A stretch of 64,000 nt of DNA from an uncultured candidate division Zixibacteria bacterium (GTDB taxonomy: Bacteria > Zixibacteria > MSB-5A5 > UBA10806). This document shows positions 37,411-47,646 of the stretch, piece after piece. The stretch spans positions 7,694 through 71,693 of the forward strand of contig CAWDFP010000009.1 in assembly GCA_963801605.1 (NCBI GenBank). Reading direction: 5' to 3'. The position numbers and the translations under genes were made by a program. A model generated the notes under the pieces. The model worked only from the letters and a program-made list of their open reading frames with translations. It searched no databases and was not told the DNA's origin. Position 1 is the first letter of the stretch. Every line of letters begins with the position of its first letter.

Positions 37411-37836
37411 ATGGCGAGTTCACTTGAAAGATTCAGCGTTTCAATGAAGGATGATATCCTCTACCAGCTCGATAATCTGGTCAAGGCTAAGGGGTATGCC
37501 AACCGCTCTCATGCAATTTCAGAAATGGTCAAAGACAATATTGTTGAATATCAAGGTCAGCAAAACGAGCGAGAGATTGCGGGCTCTATCACGCTTATAT
37601 ATGATCACCACAAACGTAATATCCAGTCGCTTTTGACCAAAATTCAGCATGATCACGGTGCTCAGATTATCGCTGCCCTGCATGCCCATCTCGATCACAA
37701 TAATTGTATGGAGGTATTGGCTGTGCGGGGAAATGCCAAAGAAGTCAGGAAGCTTGCCGATAGACTCCTTGCAGCTAAGGGAGTAAAGCATGGGAAGTTT
37801 ACATTGACAGCCACAGGCAAAGAATTTCCTAAATAA
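37411..37836 (+). CDS. nikR: Nickel-responsive regulator NikR
   Basis: RFSVS ribbon, YANRS, YDHH, QH, HAHLDHNNCMEV, KGVKHG. Confidence 0.93.
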   Translation: MASSLERFSVSMKDDILYQLDNLVKAKGYANRSHAISEMVKDNIVEYQGQQNEREIAGSITLIYDHHKRNIQSLLTKIQHDHGAQIIAALHAHLDHNNCMEVLAVRGNAKEVRKLADRLLAAKGVKHGKFTLTATGKEFPK

Positions 37837-37837
37837 T

Positions 37838-38797
37838 ATGCATATACCCGATGGATTCTTAGATACAAAAACAGTCGTTGCCTCGGCTGGGATGGCCGCG
37901 GTAGGTTTAGGTTATGCTCTCAGGCATGTCAAACAATCAAATACTGCTCGCAAGGTGCCGCTAATTGGCTTAACCTCCGCTTTTGTTTTCGCTGCTCAAA
38001 TGCTGAATTTTCCGGTGGCCGGTGGAACGTCCGGGCATCTTATTGGCGCGACTCTGGCAGTTGTACTCCTGGGACCGGCTGCTGCCGTACTATCGATGAC
38101 CTCGGTTATCATTTTGCAATGTTTAATGTTCGCCGATGGTGGCCTGACTGCTTTGGGAGCTAATATTTTCAACATGGCTTTGATCGCTCCGCTGGCCGCC
38201 TACGTCATATATAAATCGGTTATCGGCTTGCTTGGAGACTCCCATCGCTCCCAACTTACCGCCACTGCATTCGCAGCCTGGTGCTCGACAGTGGTTACCT
38301 CAGTTGCCTGTGCTGGTGAACTGGCAATTTCCGGTACTATCGGATGGCGGCTTGCTTTTCCCGCTATGGCCGGTATACACGCCCTTATCGGAATAGGCGA
38401 GGCTCTTATCACTACACTTGTCGTTGCGGCAATTGCCCGGCTCCGCCCAGAGATGATTGCATATCAGAATCGCCCGCAGACGAGATACCGGCAGATTCTC
38501 ATATTTGGTCTCATTATCTCCTGCGGATTGATAATCTTCATAGCGCCTTTCGCATCGAGTTGGCCCGATGGCCTGGAGCGAGTAGCCGAAAATTTAGGAT
38601 TCGCCCAGAAAGCATCGGAAACAGCAATATTAAAATCACCTATACCCGATTATCAAACACCCGGGATCGGATCAGCAACTATTTCTACAATTTTGGCCGG
38701 CTTAATAGGAGTGTTGATTATATTCGGGCTCTCGTATATCCTGGCCAGAATCCTGACTCAATCGAAAAAGTCAATCCAGCCGCGGGTGCAAGATTAA
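37838..38797 (+). CDS. ECF Ni/Co transporter substrate component fused to a PDGLE domain (NikMN/CbiMN)
   Basis: MHIPDGFL N-terminus, GTSGHLIG, FADGG..ALGAN, PDGLE...PDY. Confidence 0.92.
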   Translation: MHIPDGFLDTKTVVASAGMAAVGLGYALRHVKQSNTARKVPLIGLTSAFVFAAQMLNFPVAGGTSGHLIGATLAVVLLGPAAAVLSMTSVIILQCLMFADGGLTALGANIFNMALIAPLAAYVIYKSVIGLLGDSHRSQLTATAFAAWCSTVVTSVACAGELAISGTIGWRLAFPAMAGIHALIGIGEALITTLVVAAIARLRPEMIAYQNRPQTRYRQILIFGLIISCGLIIFIAPFASSWPDGLERVAENLGFAQKASETAILKSPIPDYQTPGIGSATISTILAGLIGVLIIFGLSYILARILTQSKKSIQPRVQD

Positions 38798-38800
38798 GCT

Positions 38801-39409
38801 ATGAGAATACATGATCCCTATATTGAAGGCGATAGTGTTATGCATAGAATGCCCGCGGGGGTAAAACTGCTTTCCGCCTTCATATTAATTCTGACGGCGG
38901 TGATATTACCCAGTGCCTTCTGGATAGGCTATATGGCAATTGGCGCGGTTATAGTCATGGCTGCTTTGGTATCAAAATTGCCATATCTAAAAATTTTCAA
39001 ACGATTGATATTGCTCGAGCCCTTTGTCCTTATTGTATCCGTCTTGTCAATATTTCAGCCAAATGGCGATACGATCTTTGCCTCATTAATTGCCAGGGGA
39101 AGCCTGAGTCTTTGTGTTATGATACTATTCGTCGCTACCACACGCTTCTCCGATATCATAAGCGTCCTTTGGAAGGCGCGTATCCCTGCTGCGCTCGTTA
39201 CAACGCTCTCCCTGATGTACCGTTATCTATTCCTGATCGTCTCAGAAGCGGATCGGATGTCAAGAGCCAGGGCGGGACGGACCTTCATTTCGAATCGCCC
39301 GTTTCTTTGGCGTAATTTCGGCGATATTATCGGATATCTCTTTGTGCGGACATCTGAACGGGCCGAGCGGATTTACGCCGCCATGTGCGCCCGAGGTTGG
39401 AAAGTATGA
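38801..39409 (+). CDS. ECF transporter T component (NikQ/CbiQ)
   Basis: MYRYL..I..E..RM..AR..R and ERAERIYAAMCARGW. Confidence 0.9.
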   Translation: MRIHDPYIEGDSVMHRMPAGVKLLSAFILILTAVILPSAFWIGYMAIGAVIVMAALVSKLPYLKIFKRLILLEPFVLIVSVLSIFQPNGDTIFASLIARGSLSLCVMILFVATTRFSDIISVLWKARIPAALVTTLSLMYRYLFLIVSEADRMSRARAGRTFISNRPFLWRNFGDIIGYLFVRTSERAERIYAAMCARGWKV

Positions 39410-40152
39410 ACGCCATCGAAATCGATAGCCTCAGCTACCGTTTCCAAGATGGTTCCCGGGCCCTGAATGAAATATCGTTCACAGTGGCGCCGGGGGAGAA
39501 GGTCGGCGTCATCGGCCCCAACGGAGCCGGGAAATCCACCTTGCTCTGGCATCTCAACGGCCTCTTGCCCGATAAGCCTGGCGATAATTCGCCCGTCACA
39601 ATTCTCGGCTTACCCGTAATTCATAGAAATCTACCGGCGATCCGCGCTCGTGTCGGACTGCTTTTTCAGAATCCTGATGACCAGCTCTTCTGTCCTACTG
39701 TTTGGGAGGACGTCGCCTTTGGACCCCGACAGCTTGGCAAAAAGGAGCCGGAGTTGACCGCGATCGTGCACGAGGCTCTGGCGAAGGTTGGCTTGGTTGA
39801 TTTCGAAAACCGCAATACTCAGCATCTGAGCCAGGGGGAGAAGCATCGGGCTTGCCTGGCCGGAGTGCTGGCATGCGAAGCCGAAATTCTGGCGCTCGAT
39901 GAGCCTACCAGTGATCTCGATCCCCGCGGACGGCGCGAACTGCGCGAGCTTCTGCGCCAGTTGCCGGTTACACAGATTATCGCTACTCATGATCTGGAGT
40001 TGGTGGTGGAACTATGCCCACGCGTGATTGTGATGGATGGCGGCCGCATTATCGCCGATGGCCCCACCTCGGAACTCCTCGATAACGAGCCTCTCATGCT
40101 CGCCCATGGCCTCGAACGCCCGCATATATTAAGACATAGGCACCCGCATTAA
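39406..40152 (+). CDS. ECF transporter ATPase (NikO/CbiO)
   Basis: GPNGAGKST, FQNPDDQLF, LSQGEK, LDEPT, ATHD; C-terminal RHRHPH. Confidence 0.92.
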   Translation: MNAIEIDSLSYRFQDGSRALNEISFTVAPGEKVGVIGPNGAGKSTLLWHLNGLLPDKPGDNSPVTILGLPVIHRNLPAIRARVGLLFQNPDDQLFCPTVWEDVAFGPRQLGKKEPELTAIVHEALAKVGLVDFENRNTQHLSQGEKHRACLAGVLACEAEILALDEPTSDLDPRGRRELRELLRQLPVTQIIATHDLELVVELCPRVIVMDGGRIIADGPTSELLDNEPLMLAHGLERPHILRHRHPH

Positions 40153-40391
40153 AAAGAAAGCTGTGCTATTTGCGCCGATTTATAGGCAATTATGTAACAA
40201 TAAAAAAGAGGCCTAGCGTTTTCACTGAGCCCCTACAAACCAAACCTGCATAACGACCTATTCCAATACGTGGATATTCTTCTTGGCGCAAATATCTTTC
40301 AACTACTTCGGCTTAAACCCTCCCGCCAACGTGCGGGTAAAATGCCTCCCCATGAGCGATTTCAGTAGCCGCCCCAAATCCGAAAAAGTGC

Positions 40392-40420
40392 TTGCAATTA
40401 AAGTCATGCAGCCCTACAAT
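40392..40420 (+). promoter_or_regulatory. sigma70-type promoter
   Basis: TTGCAA-17 bp-TACAAT upstream of 40457. Confidence 0.55.
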
Positions 40421-40456
40421 GAAGCGTAAATCAATTTACCTAACCGGGAAGGGATT

Positions 40457-41689
40457 ATGGGGAAATTGGTGTATTTCAGTATGTCGTGCGTAATCTGCGC
40501 CTTAGTATTAGTAGTCTGTTCCAAACCGTCATCAAACGGTGAAAACACCGATGATAGTACTCCTCCAAATACCATTACAGATCTTTCTGTAGTCAATGTC
40601 ACATCAAATTCCATTACTCTGCAATGGACCGCGCCCGGAGATGACGATACTTTAGGGTATGCGACCGAATATGATCTGAGAGTTTCCTTTGATTCTATAA
40701 CAACGGTAAATTTTTCGCAAGCATATCGCATTACCGGCGAACTTAACCCGGCTCCTGCCCGTTTTATCCAGCAGCATATAGTCGATATGCTGGAACCAGA
40801 CAGCACCTATTATTTCGCTATCAAAGCCAGGGATGACGCTGATAACTGGAGTGGTCTTTCAAACTGCACGCACGGGCACTGCCCTGCAATCGCTACTGTC
40901 GCCTTTCCCGATTCCGCGCTGGAAAGAGTTATCCGTCAGTATATTCATAAACCAACAGGCCCCATTTTATCCAGCGATGTCGATACTGTCACTCAGGTAG
41001 ATGCGCCAGGTCAGGGAATAGGAGATATTACGGGGCTTGAATATTTTACGTCATTACGCATCCTTATGATACCGAGCAATAATATTAACGACATCTCACC
41101 TCTATCATATTTACATCAGCTTGGCGAATTGGATATAACCTTCAATCATATCAGCGATTTAACGCCGCTAACGGGACATGAGAGTATTTACCTGCTGCAT
41201 ATAGGCGAAAATCCCATAAACAATATCAGCGCCCTATCGAGTATTACCGCCCTGCGGCAATTCTGGCTTTATGAGACGCAAGTTACTGATTTTTCGCCAC
41301 TTTACAACTTGCCGCATCTCGAGGATATCCATTTTGCCAGCTGCAATCTAAGCGATCTCGGATTTATGGCTCATTTGACTCATGTGAAAATAGCCCAGCT
41401 TTCCAGCAACCATTTTACGTCAGTCGCTCCATTGGCCGGCGACACGGCCTTAGTGGGACTGGGATTGGATTTCAGCGATATCAGCGATTTGACACCGTTA
41501 ACGGGGCTCCACAATCTCAACAGCCTCTCTCTTCACTCTAACAACGTAAGCGATATCCAGCCGCTTGTAGATAACCCCGGCATTGCCTCAGGGGATATTA
41601 TCTACCTTAACAATAACCCTCTATCTCAGGTATCGATAGATTCGCTGATTCCGGCTCTCGAGGCCAGAGGAGTGACCGTAATACGATAA
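40457..41689 (+). CDS. Probable surface lipoprotein: FN3 domain plus internalin-like leucine-rich repeats
   Basis: Hydrophobic leader ending VVC; WTAPGDD...YYFAIKARD..NWS FN3; FPDSALE cap; 22-aa N.ISDLTPL repeats. Confidence 0.8.
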   Translation: MGKLVYFSMSCVICALVLVVCSKPSSNGENTDDSTPPNTITDLSVVNVTSNSITLQWTAPGDDDTLGYATEYDLRVSFDSITTVNFSQAYRITGELNPAPARFIQQHIVDMLEPDSTYYFAIKARDDADNWSGLSNCTHGHCPAIATVAFPDSALERVIRQYIHKPTGPILSSDVDTVTQVDAPGQGIGDITGLEYFTSLRILMIPSNNINDISPLSYLHQLGELDITFNHISDLTPLTGHESIYLLHIGENPINNISALSSITALRQFWLYETQVTDFSPLYNLPHLEDIHFASCNLSDLGFMAHLTHVKIAQLSSNHFTSVAPLAGDTALVGLGLDFSDISDLTPLTGLHNLNSLSLHSNNVSDIQPLVDNPGIASGDIIYLNNNPLSQVSIDSLIPALEARGVTVIR

Positions 41690-41795
41690 TCCTGACAGAT
41701 TTCTATCTTTAGCGTACCATACCGCGAACTTTAGCTTCTTGAATACGGTTATTATGACTCGCAAGCGATGCGAGTCTTTTTTTTAGGAGCGATAA

Positions 41796-42371
41796 ATGAG
41801 CAAAAATCGTATGGAAGCCTTCAGCGACGGTGTAGTAGCAATCCTCATCACGATTATGGTGCTGGAACTGCACACCCCGCACGAATTTTCACTATATGCT
41901 TTAATCCCATTGTTTCCAGTATTTATAAGCTACACCCTCAGTTTCATTTTCCTCGGTATTTATTGGAATAACCATCATCACTTGCTTCAGGCCATCAAAC
42001 ATGTCAATGGGGCAACGCTTTGGGCCAACCTGCATTTGCTTTTCTGGCTTTCACTAATCCCATTTGCCACCAGTTGGATGGGATCCAGCCATTTTCAGGG
42101 ATGGCCGGTGGCCCTATATGGCGTTGTCTTATTGTTGGCCGCAGTAGCGTACTTTATTCTCGTCAGGGTATTGCTTGCGATTCACGGACCGGAGTCATTG
42201 CTTAAAATCGCTATCGGCAGTGATTTTAAGGGGAAAATATCTGTTGTTATCTATTTAGCGGGCATTTCCGTGGCCTTTGTTAGCACCTTACTTTCGTGTT
42301 TGCTTTATTTATCGGTAGCAATAATATGGCTGGTACCGGATCGACGTATCGAAAAGGTAATAGAGCGGTAA
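41796..42371 (+). CDS. TMEM175-family potassium channel
   Basis: RMEAFSDGVVAILITIMVL signature, YWNNHHH, LVPDRRIE; 6 TM. Confidence 0.9.
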   Translation: MSKNRMEAFSDGVVAILITIMVLELHTPHEFSLYALIPLFPVFISYTLSFIFLGIYWNNHHHLLQAIKHVNGATLWANLHLLFWLSLIPFATSWMGSSHFQGWPVALYGVVLLLAAVAYFILVRVLLAIHGPESLLKIAIGSDFKGKISVVIYLAGISVAFVSTLLSCLLYLSVAIIWLVPDRRIEKVIER

Positions 42372-42562
42372 CGGCGATTCGCTAAATGACTGCTCGTATT
42401 CCCGGATAATTATCTACATGATTTTTCCTATAATTAAAGCATTGTAAAGATCTTATTATTTAATTCGTTTTTCTCCCTCCCATTTTGGAGACGGGAACCT
42501 ATTCACGGCATTTTTGTGTTTTAAGGCCATATTGAGATCAAAAATATCGAAGGGGCCACACT

Positions 42563-43492
42563 ATGAGAAATATTATATTGGTAATATTAATTTCGCTGGG
42601 ATTGGTCAGTATATCGAAGACCCCGGTAAGAGCTTGTTCCGTTTGCCGCTGTGGCGATAATGGCTGCCAATTCTCCGAGCAAACCCTGACACCATCGAGC
42701 GATAGGGCCGATAGGCGATTTAGGCTAGGGCTTAGCAATTCCTATTCAGCTAAATCCAACGCTCTCAGTCCCGAAGAGGGGATGGGCAATGAAAAGCAAC
42801 GAGAAATGCGGCCATCGCTTAAGGCGTCATATAGAATGCTAAGTCAGCTCAATCTCTCAGCGGAATTCCCCATAAGTTTTAAGAGGCTGGAGGCCGTTTC
42901 GAGCGATGGGAAAGAAATAAATAAATCATCTGGTTTGGGCGATGCCGAATTAACCGGCTCATGGATGTCGAATATCTTTTCGGGATTGAGTTCAACCTAC
43001 TCTGTTGGTCTCAGCGCCGCGTTGAAAGTACCATCAGGGCAGAATGACCTGCAATTTAATGGCGAACGTCGGGATGAGCATCTGCAGGCCGGAACCGGCA
43101 GTTATGACTACACGGTCGGCGGCGGGTTGGTCATGACTACATTCGAAAACAGAATGTTTACCAGTTTTTATTATCGCCACAATGGCACCAATAAATTTGA
43201 TTATCATTATGGTCACGCTACCTTGTTTAATCTCGGCCTGCAACGCGGTTTATATTCCTGGCTCGATGGTCTCTTGCAGCTTAACGCCAGATATGCCCGG
43301 GCCGATATCGATAATCATGAGATTGTCGATAATACCGGCGGTTGGGTAGGGTATCTTACGCCGGGTGTTCGTTTCTCGCTTGGGAATGTCGGCAGTTTTT
43401 CGGCCTCGGTTCAAATCCCGATCTGGCAGGATTTGAACGGCGATCAGACTGAGAAAGCGGTGCTGTTGTCGGGCTTTACCGTAGGGATTTGA
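42563..43492 (+). CDS. Putative outer-membrane beta-barrel 'transporter' with N-terminal CxxCxC
   Basis: Signal peptide ending VRA, mature start CSVCRCGDNGC; GLGD, KVPSG, QAGTGSYD, TGG...YLTPG amphipathic strands. Confidence 0.65.
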   Translation: MRNIILVILISLGLVSISKTPVRACSVCRCGDNGCQFSEQTLTPSSDRADRRFRLGLSNSYSAKSNALSPEEGMGNEKQREMRPSLKASYRMLSQLNLSAEFPISFKRLEAVSSDGKEINKSSGLGDAELTGSWMSNIFSGLSSTYSVGLSAALKVPSGQNDLQFNGERRDEHLQAGTGSYDYTVGGGLVMTTFENRMFTSFYYRHNGTNKFDYHYGHATLFNLGLQRGLYSWLDGLLQLNARYARADIDNHEIVDNTGGWVGYLTPGVRFSLGNVGSFSASVQIPIWQDLNGDQTEKAVLLSGFTVGI

Positions 43493-43517
43493 CTTAATCA
43501 AATAGAGTTGTAAATTC

Positions 43518-43562
43518 AAACGCCGGCAGAGTGATAGTCACAATATTATCCGCCGGCGTTTT
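43518..43562. terminator. Bidirectional terminator
   Basis: AAACGCCGGC...GCCGGCGTTTT between convergent genes. Confidence 0.75.
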
Positions 43563-43597
43563 ATTTTTGCTAAAATGGAATTAGCCCTGCTATTTCG

Positions 43598-45845
43598 TTA
43601 GTTTGCTTTTGAACGACCTTTCCCTTTTTCCGGAATCAAGGAATGCCCGGTCGCCAGACCGAATATAAACAGGACTATCGTTAAAATACCGATTGCAAAA
43701 ACGATATCGCCCGGGTGCTCGCAGCCATTTGAAGATTGTGACAGTCGGCGAATATAGAAAATCGCTGCTGCGGGCGAACCAGTAACCATGTTCTACCGAG
43801 GCCCAGGTCTGCAAAAAGCCGACCGGCAGAAGACTGAGCAATACCATCAATCCTAATCCTCCGTTGATAGCCCAAAATGCGAATTTTATGATATTATCTT
43901 TCCAATCTCGGGTCACATAAAGTACGCGAAGGCAAAACAGCATCAGACCCAAACCCAGAATACCGTAGACCCCAAACAGCGCGGTATGGGCATGAACTGG
44001 AGTCGTATTAAGCCCCTGCATGTAGTAAAGCGCTATCGGGGGATTAATCATGAATCCGAATAATCCGGCCCCAACCATGTTCCAGAAAGCCACCGCGATG
44101 AAGAAGTAAATTGGCCACTTATATTTTTGCGCCCATTGAGTAGAGCGTATCAAACGTATATTATCCCAGGCCTCGAAACCGACTATCGTAAGTGGCACCA
44201 CCTCAAGTGCGCTGAATACTGCTCCCATCGCCATTACCACTATCGGAGTCCCCGAAAAATACAAATGATGTAGTGTCCCGATAATACCGCCGGTCAGAAA
44301 TATTGTCGTCGAAAAAAGTACGGCGGCATTTGCGGTTTTTACTCTGATCAGTCCCAGGCGCGCGAATAAAAATGCGATTATAACTGTCGCAAAGACCTCA
44401 AAGAATCCTTCCACCCAGAGATGTACCACCCACCAGCGCCAATATTCTATAACCGAAAGATGAGTATTCTTCCCCCACATCAAGCCTGCCATATAAAAGC
44501 CGCCTATGGCGACAGCGGAAATCAGGAACATTATCATCAATGGCTTCTGATCGTTATTTTTTCTTATACCGATTAAGACATTCCTGCCGACAAGATAAAC
44601 CCAGAGCGCCAGCCCAATAAATAATGCTATCTGCCAAATCCTTCCCAGATCGACATACTCAAGACCCTGATGTCCGAACCAGTACCAACTGTTGCCGCCC
44701 AGGTAACCCTTAACGCTTAGCCATTCGCCGGCTAAGGAGCCTAAGACTACCGTCACAAGGGCCACAAAAAGCACATTAACACCGAACCGTTGCCCTTTTA
44801 GCTCCACACCGCTGACTGTCGGGCCAATGAATAATCCGGCAGCAAGCCAGGCCGTAGCTATCCAGAATATCCCAAGCTGTGTATGCCAGGTCCGGGAAAC
44901 TGCAAAAGGAATCCATTTGGCTATCGGGATACCATAAAAACCAGCTCCTTCTACACCATAATGCGCCGATATCACCCCCATGAACATCTGTATTAAAAAT
45001 AAGCCCGATACAGCCCAGAAATATTTAATTATCGCTTTCTGCGATGGCGTAGGCTGAAATCCTAACAGGGGATCAGCCGCTGGAATATGATCTGCCGTCA
45101 TATTTTTGGTCTGAGATGCATGATACCAGACCATGGAGCTTATTCCTGCCAGAAGCATGATGATGCTGAAGCCGGTCCATATGATGGCGTCGCTGGTTGG
45201 ATTATTGTCAATAAGAGTCTCATGCGGCCAGTTGCTGGTATAAGTCATGCTTTGGCCGGGACGATCAGTAGATGCAGCCCAGGATGTCCAGAAAAAGAAT
45301 GAGGCTAGCTTTCTGATTTTGTTATCGTCTGTCAACGTATTTTGCGGAATAGCGTAACGCGGCTCGCCGCCCTTAAACAATTTTTGATAATAAACTACAT
45401 TATTCTCGAATGCCTCCGCTCGAACAGGGTCAACGATTATCTGTCCCGTTTGTGAGTTATAGCTGTTTTTCCGCATTAAATTTTTAAGGCGTTCTCTTAG
45501 GGCTGCCCGTTGTTCATCGCCTATTTTATCGTATATCTGACCATAATCGGTGACGGCCCATTTATCGAGAATAAATACGCATTCGCGATGCAGATAATCG
45601 GCGGTCCAATCAGGCGCTACATAACTGCCATGCCCCCAAATGGAGCCTAATTCCATGCCGCCCATACCCTGCCAAACCTCCTGGCCAGCTTCAATCTGCC
45701 CAGCCGGCAGAACAACTTCTCCGGTAGTAGTGACAACGCTTGATGGTAAGGGAGGCTTTTCATGATAGATTCTGAAGCCGGCCCATCCTAAAACCGCAAA
45801 TGAAATAATTATTACCAATGCAAAAGAAATCCAGAGACGTCTCAT
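43598..45845 (-). CDS. norB: Quinol-dependent nitric oxide reductase (qNor), one indel near the 3' end
   Basis: GSIWGHGSYVAPDWTADYLH, RTWHTQL, EYVDLGR, WWVVHLWVEGFFE, GTLHHLY, HAHTALFGVYG, LRAPGD after frame correction. Confidence 0.95.
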
Positions 45846-46029
45846 ATTGCCCAATCCTTTCTGCTGATGTACAGGTATTTAAACCAATATATTTCGTAAA
45901 AGGAGCCCAAATCAATAATAATTAGCCTATTAATTATCCCAACTCCGCTACGCGGGATATCTTTAAAAAGTAATATCGTATAGTATAATCGCATGTACAT
46001 ATCCAAATAGGTGATAAAAAAATATCCTA

Positions 46030-46431
46030 TTACCTTTTCGACACCAGCTCGGCGACAGTTGTGCTTTCAAGAAACCTTAAATATTCGTCTCGTATTTTTG
46101 ACCATCGATTATGAACTGCACAAGGGGAGCTGCTGGAGCATTTGTTTCGCCCCAAAAAACAGCCATTCCATTTGCTGACTTTTTCGATCGGCCCTAAAAT
46201 ATCCAGAAGCGTAATTTTACTTGCCGGAATTGCCAGTCTGAAACCGCCGCCAAACCCCTTTTGAGATTCTAAAATTCCCTTTTCGGCCAGCTGTTTAAGC
46301 ATTTTACCGAGATAGTTTGCAGGCGCGCCTACTGCCCCGGCTATCTGCGATGCGCCGGAGTATTCTCCTGGCTTAAGTTGAGCCAGTAAGGTAAGGGCGA
46401 GAGTAGCGTGTATTCCTGTTTTTGAAATCAT
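46030..46431 (-). CDS. Rrf2-family Fe-S transcriptional regulator
   Basis: YLGKMLKQL..GILESQKG.GGGFRLA; C-x6-C-x5-C (CFLGRNKCSSSSPC). Confidence 0.9.
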   Translation of the reverse strand: MISKTGIHATLALTLLAQLKPGEYSGASQIAGAVGAPANYLGKMLKQLAEKGILESQKGFGGGFRLAIPASKITLLDILGPIEKVSKWNGCFLGRNKCSSSSPCAVHNRWSKIRDEYLRFLESTTVAELVSKR

Positions 46432-46440
46432 AATATTACC

Positions 46441-46480
46441 TAATCACATGTCAATATGTGATTACTAAACGTAAGTGTCA
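46441..46480 (-). promoter_or_regulatory. Rrf2 promoter with palindromic operator
   Basis: TAATCACAT-N6-ATGTGATTA (46441-46464) overlapping TTGACA-17-CATATT on the minus strand. Confidence 0.6.
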
Positions 46481-46594
46481 AGTAATTTGTTTCGGGAATT
46501 TGCACCTTTGCGCAACTCAGCCAGGCCGAAAGCTATTTATTTACCGAATTTGAGCTAGCTTTCAGGATGTATAAAAATATTATATAGGTTTTAA

Positions 46595-47530
46595 CTAAAA
46601 CAGTATTATGCTTATAATCGCGGTTAACAGGAGCGCCACTATTACTGAAATAGTATGCAGGGCCCCGATTAAAATCGTCTTTAAAATAGTCATAAGGCGG
46701 GATTGGCCATAAACGCTTCTCAATCCACAATAACAGTAGACGCCCAGAACTATCGGTACTACCAGATACAGAAAGTCCCAGTTAAGTAATAAACGAATGA
46801 TTATAATGAGCGTCAAAAGCAGATAAATAAAGCTATGAAAATGTACCGAAAAAACCAGGCAATCGATGTAATACTCTGTCTGCTTTCTATACAGAAGATA
46901 CATATACAGGGCGAAAATGGGCATCAGGACGAATGTCATATAGGATACGGCGCCACGCAGTTTATGTTTGAATTCGGCTTTTCCATCGGTTTCAATGCGT
47001 GAGAGTTGCCGAGCCATGAATTTGTTGATTACTGTCTTCTCGATATGTTGTGCATCAAAGACCGAATCTATTTGGTTTTCGTTCAGGCCTTTCAGAAGTT
47101 TTGATTGAATATTGAAAAGGGTAAGATTTAGCCCAATTGATTCGCCGCCTTCAACTGATGTCGAGTCCTGCAATGCTCCATCATTAGGTGGTTCTACCCC
47201 AATATGTCTTTTCCCCCCTGATAAGGACAATATGAGAAAGAAGATAAAGCTCAAGAAAATATACATCCTAATCGGCGGCACATAACTGACCCGCCGCCCG
47301 GCTTTAAATTCGTTTGTTAATAACCCCGGCTTGAATAGAAGCAATCCGATTGTACGGAATGACTTGCTATCGAAATGAAATATGCCCTCTAATAGTTCGA
47401 GAATTAAATGATTGAAAGGTATCCTTAAATCATGATTAGGCTGGCCGCATTGCCGACAAAACCTATCGCTTGCCTGAAGCATTTGGCCGCAATTGGGGCA
47501 TACCGCTGATATCTGACGTTTGTGAGCCAT
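46595..47530 (-). CDS. DUF3667-family membrane protein with zinc ribbon
   Basis: CPNCG...FCRQCGQ, FHFDSK, PGLLT.EF..GRR.SY.PP.R.YIF. Confidence 0.85.
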   Translation of the reverse strand: MAHKRQISAVCPNCGQMLQASDRFCRQCGQPNHDLRIPFNHLILELLEGIFHFDSKSFRTIGLLLFKPGLLTNEFKAGRRVSYVPPIRMYIFLSFIFFLILSLSGGKRHIGVEPPNDGALQDSTSVEGGESIGLNLTLFNIQSKLLKGLNENQIDSVFDAQHIEKTVINKFMARQLSRIETDGKAEFKHKLRGAVSYMTFVLMPIFALYMYLLYRKQTEYYIDCLVFSVHFHSFIYLLLTLIIIIRLLLNWDFLYLVVPIVLGVYCYCGLRSVYGQSRLMTILKTILIGALHTISVIVALLLTAIISIILF

Positions 47531-47646
47531 AGATGATAGTATATCAAAGCGCGGTATTTATGACAATAGCATAATGCTTGATCAACTGTGCATGTCGGTT
47601 CCCACGGAGAATTATATATGATTTCATTCCTCTTACAGGAATTCCG

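Noticed and set aside
40153-40390. Riboswitch or small gene between nikO and the LRR gene
   Set aside because: Only a short CCCGC/GCGGG hairpin and no recognisable motif or RBS-led ORF
43598-45845. qNor-like gene as a possible NO dismutase (Nod)
   Set aside because: Canonical qNor residues are present: HLWVEGFFE, GTLHH, quinol-site RTWH and RAPGD
46441-46464. CRP/FNR site
   Set aside because: Half-sites run TCACA...TGTGA, the reverse of TGTGA-N6-TCACA, with different spacing
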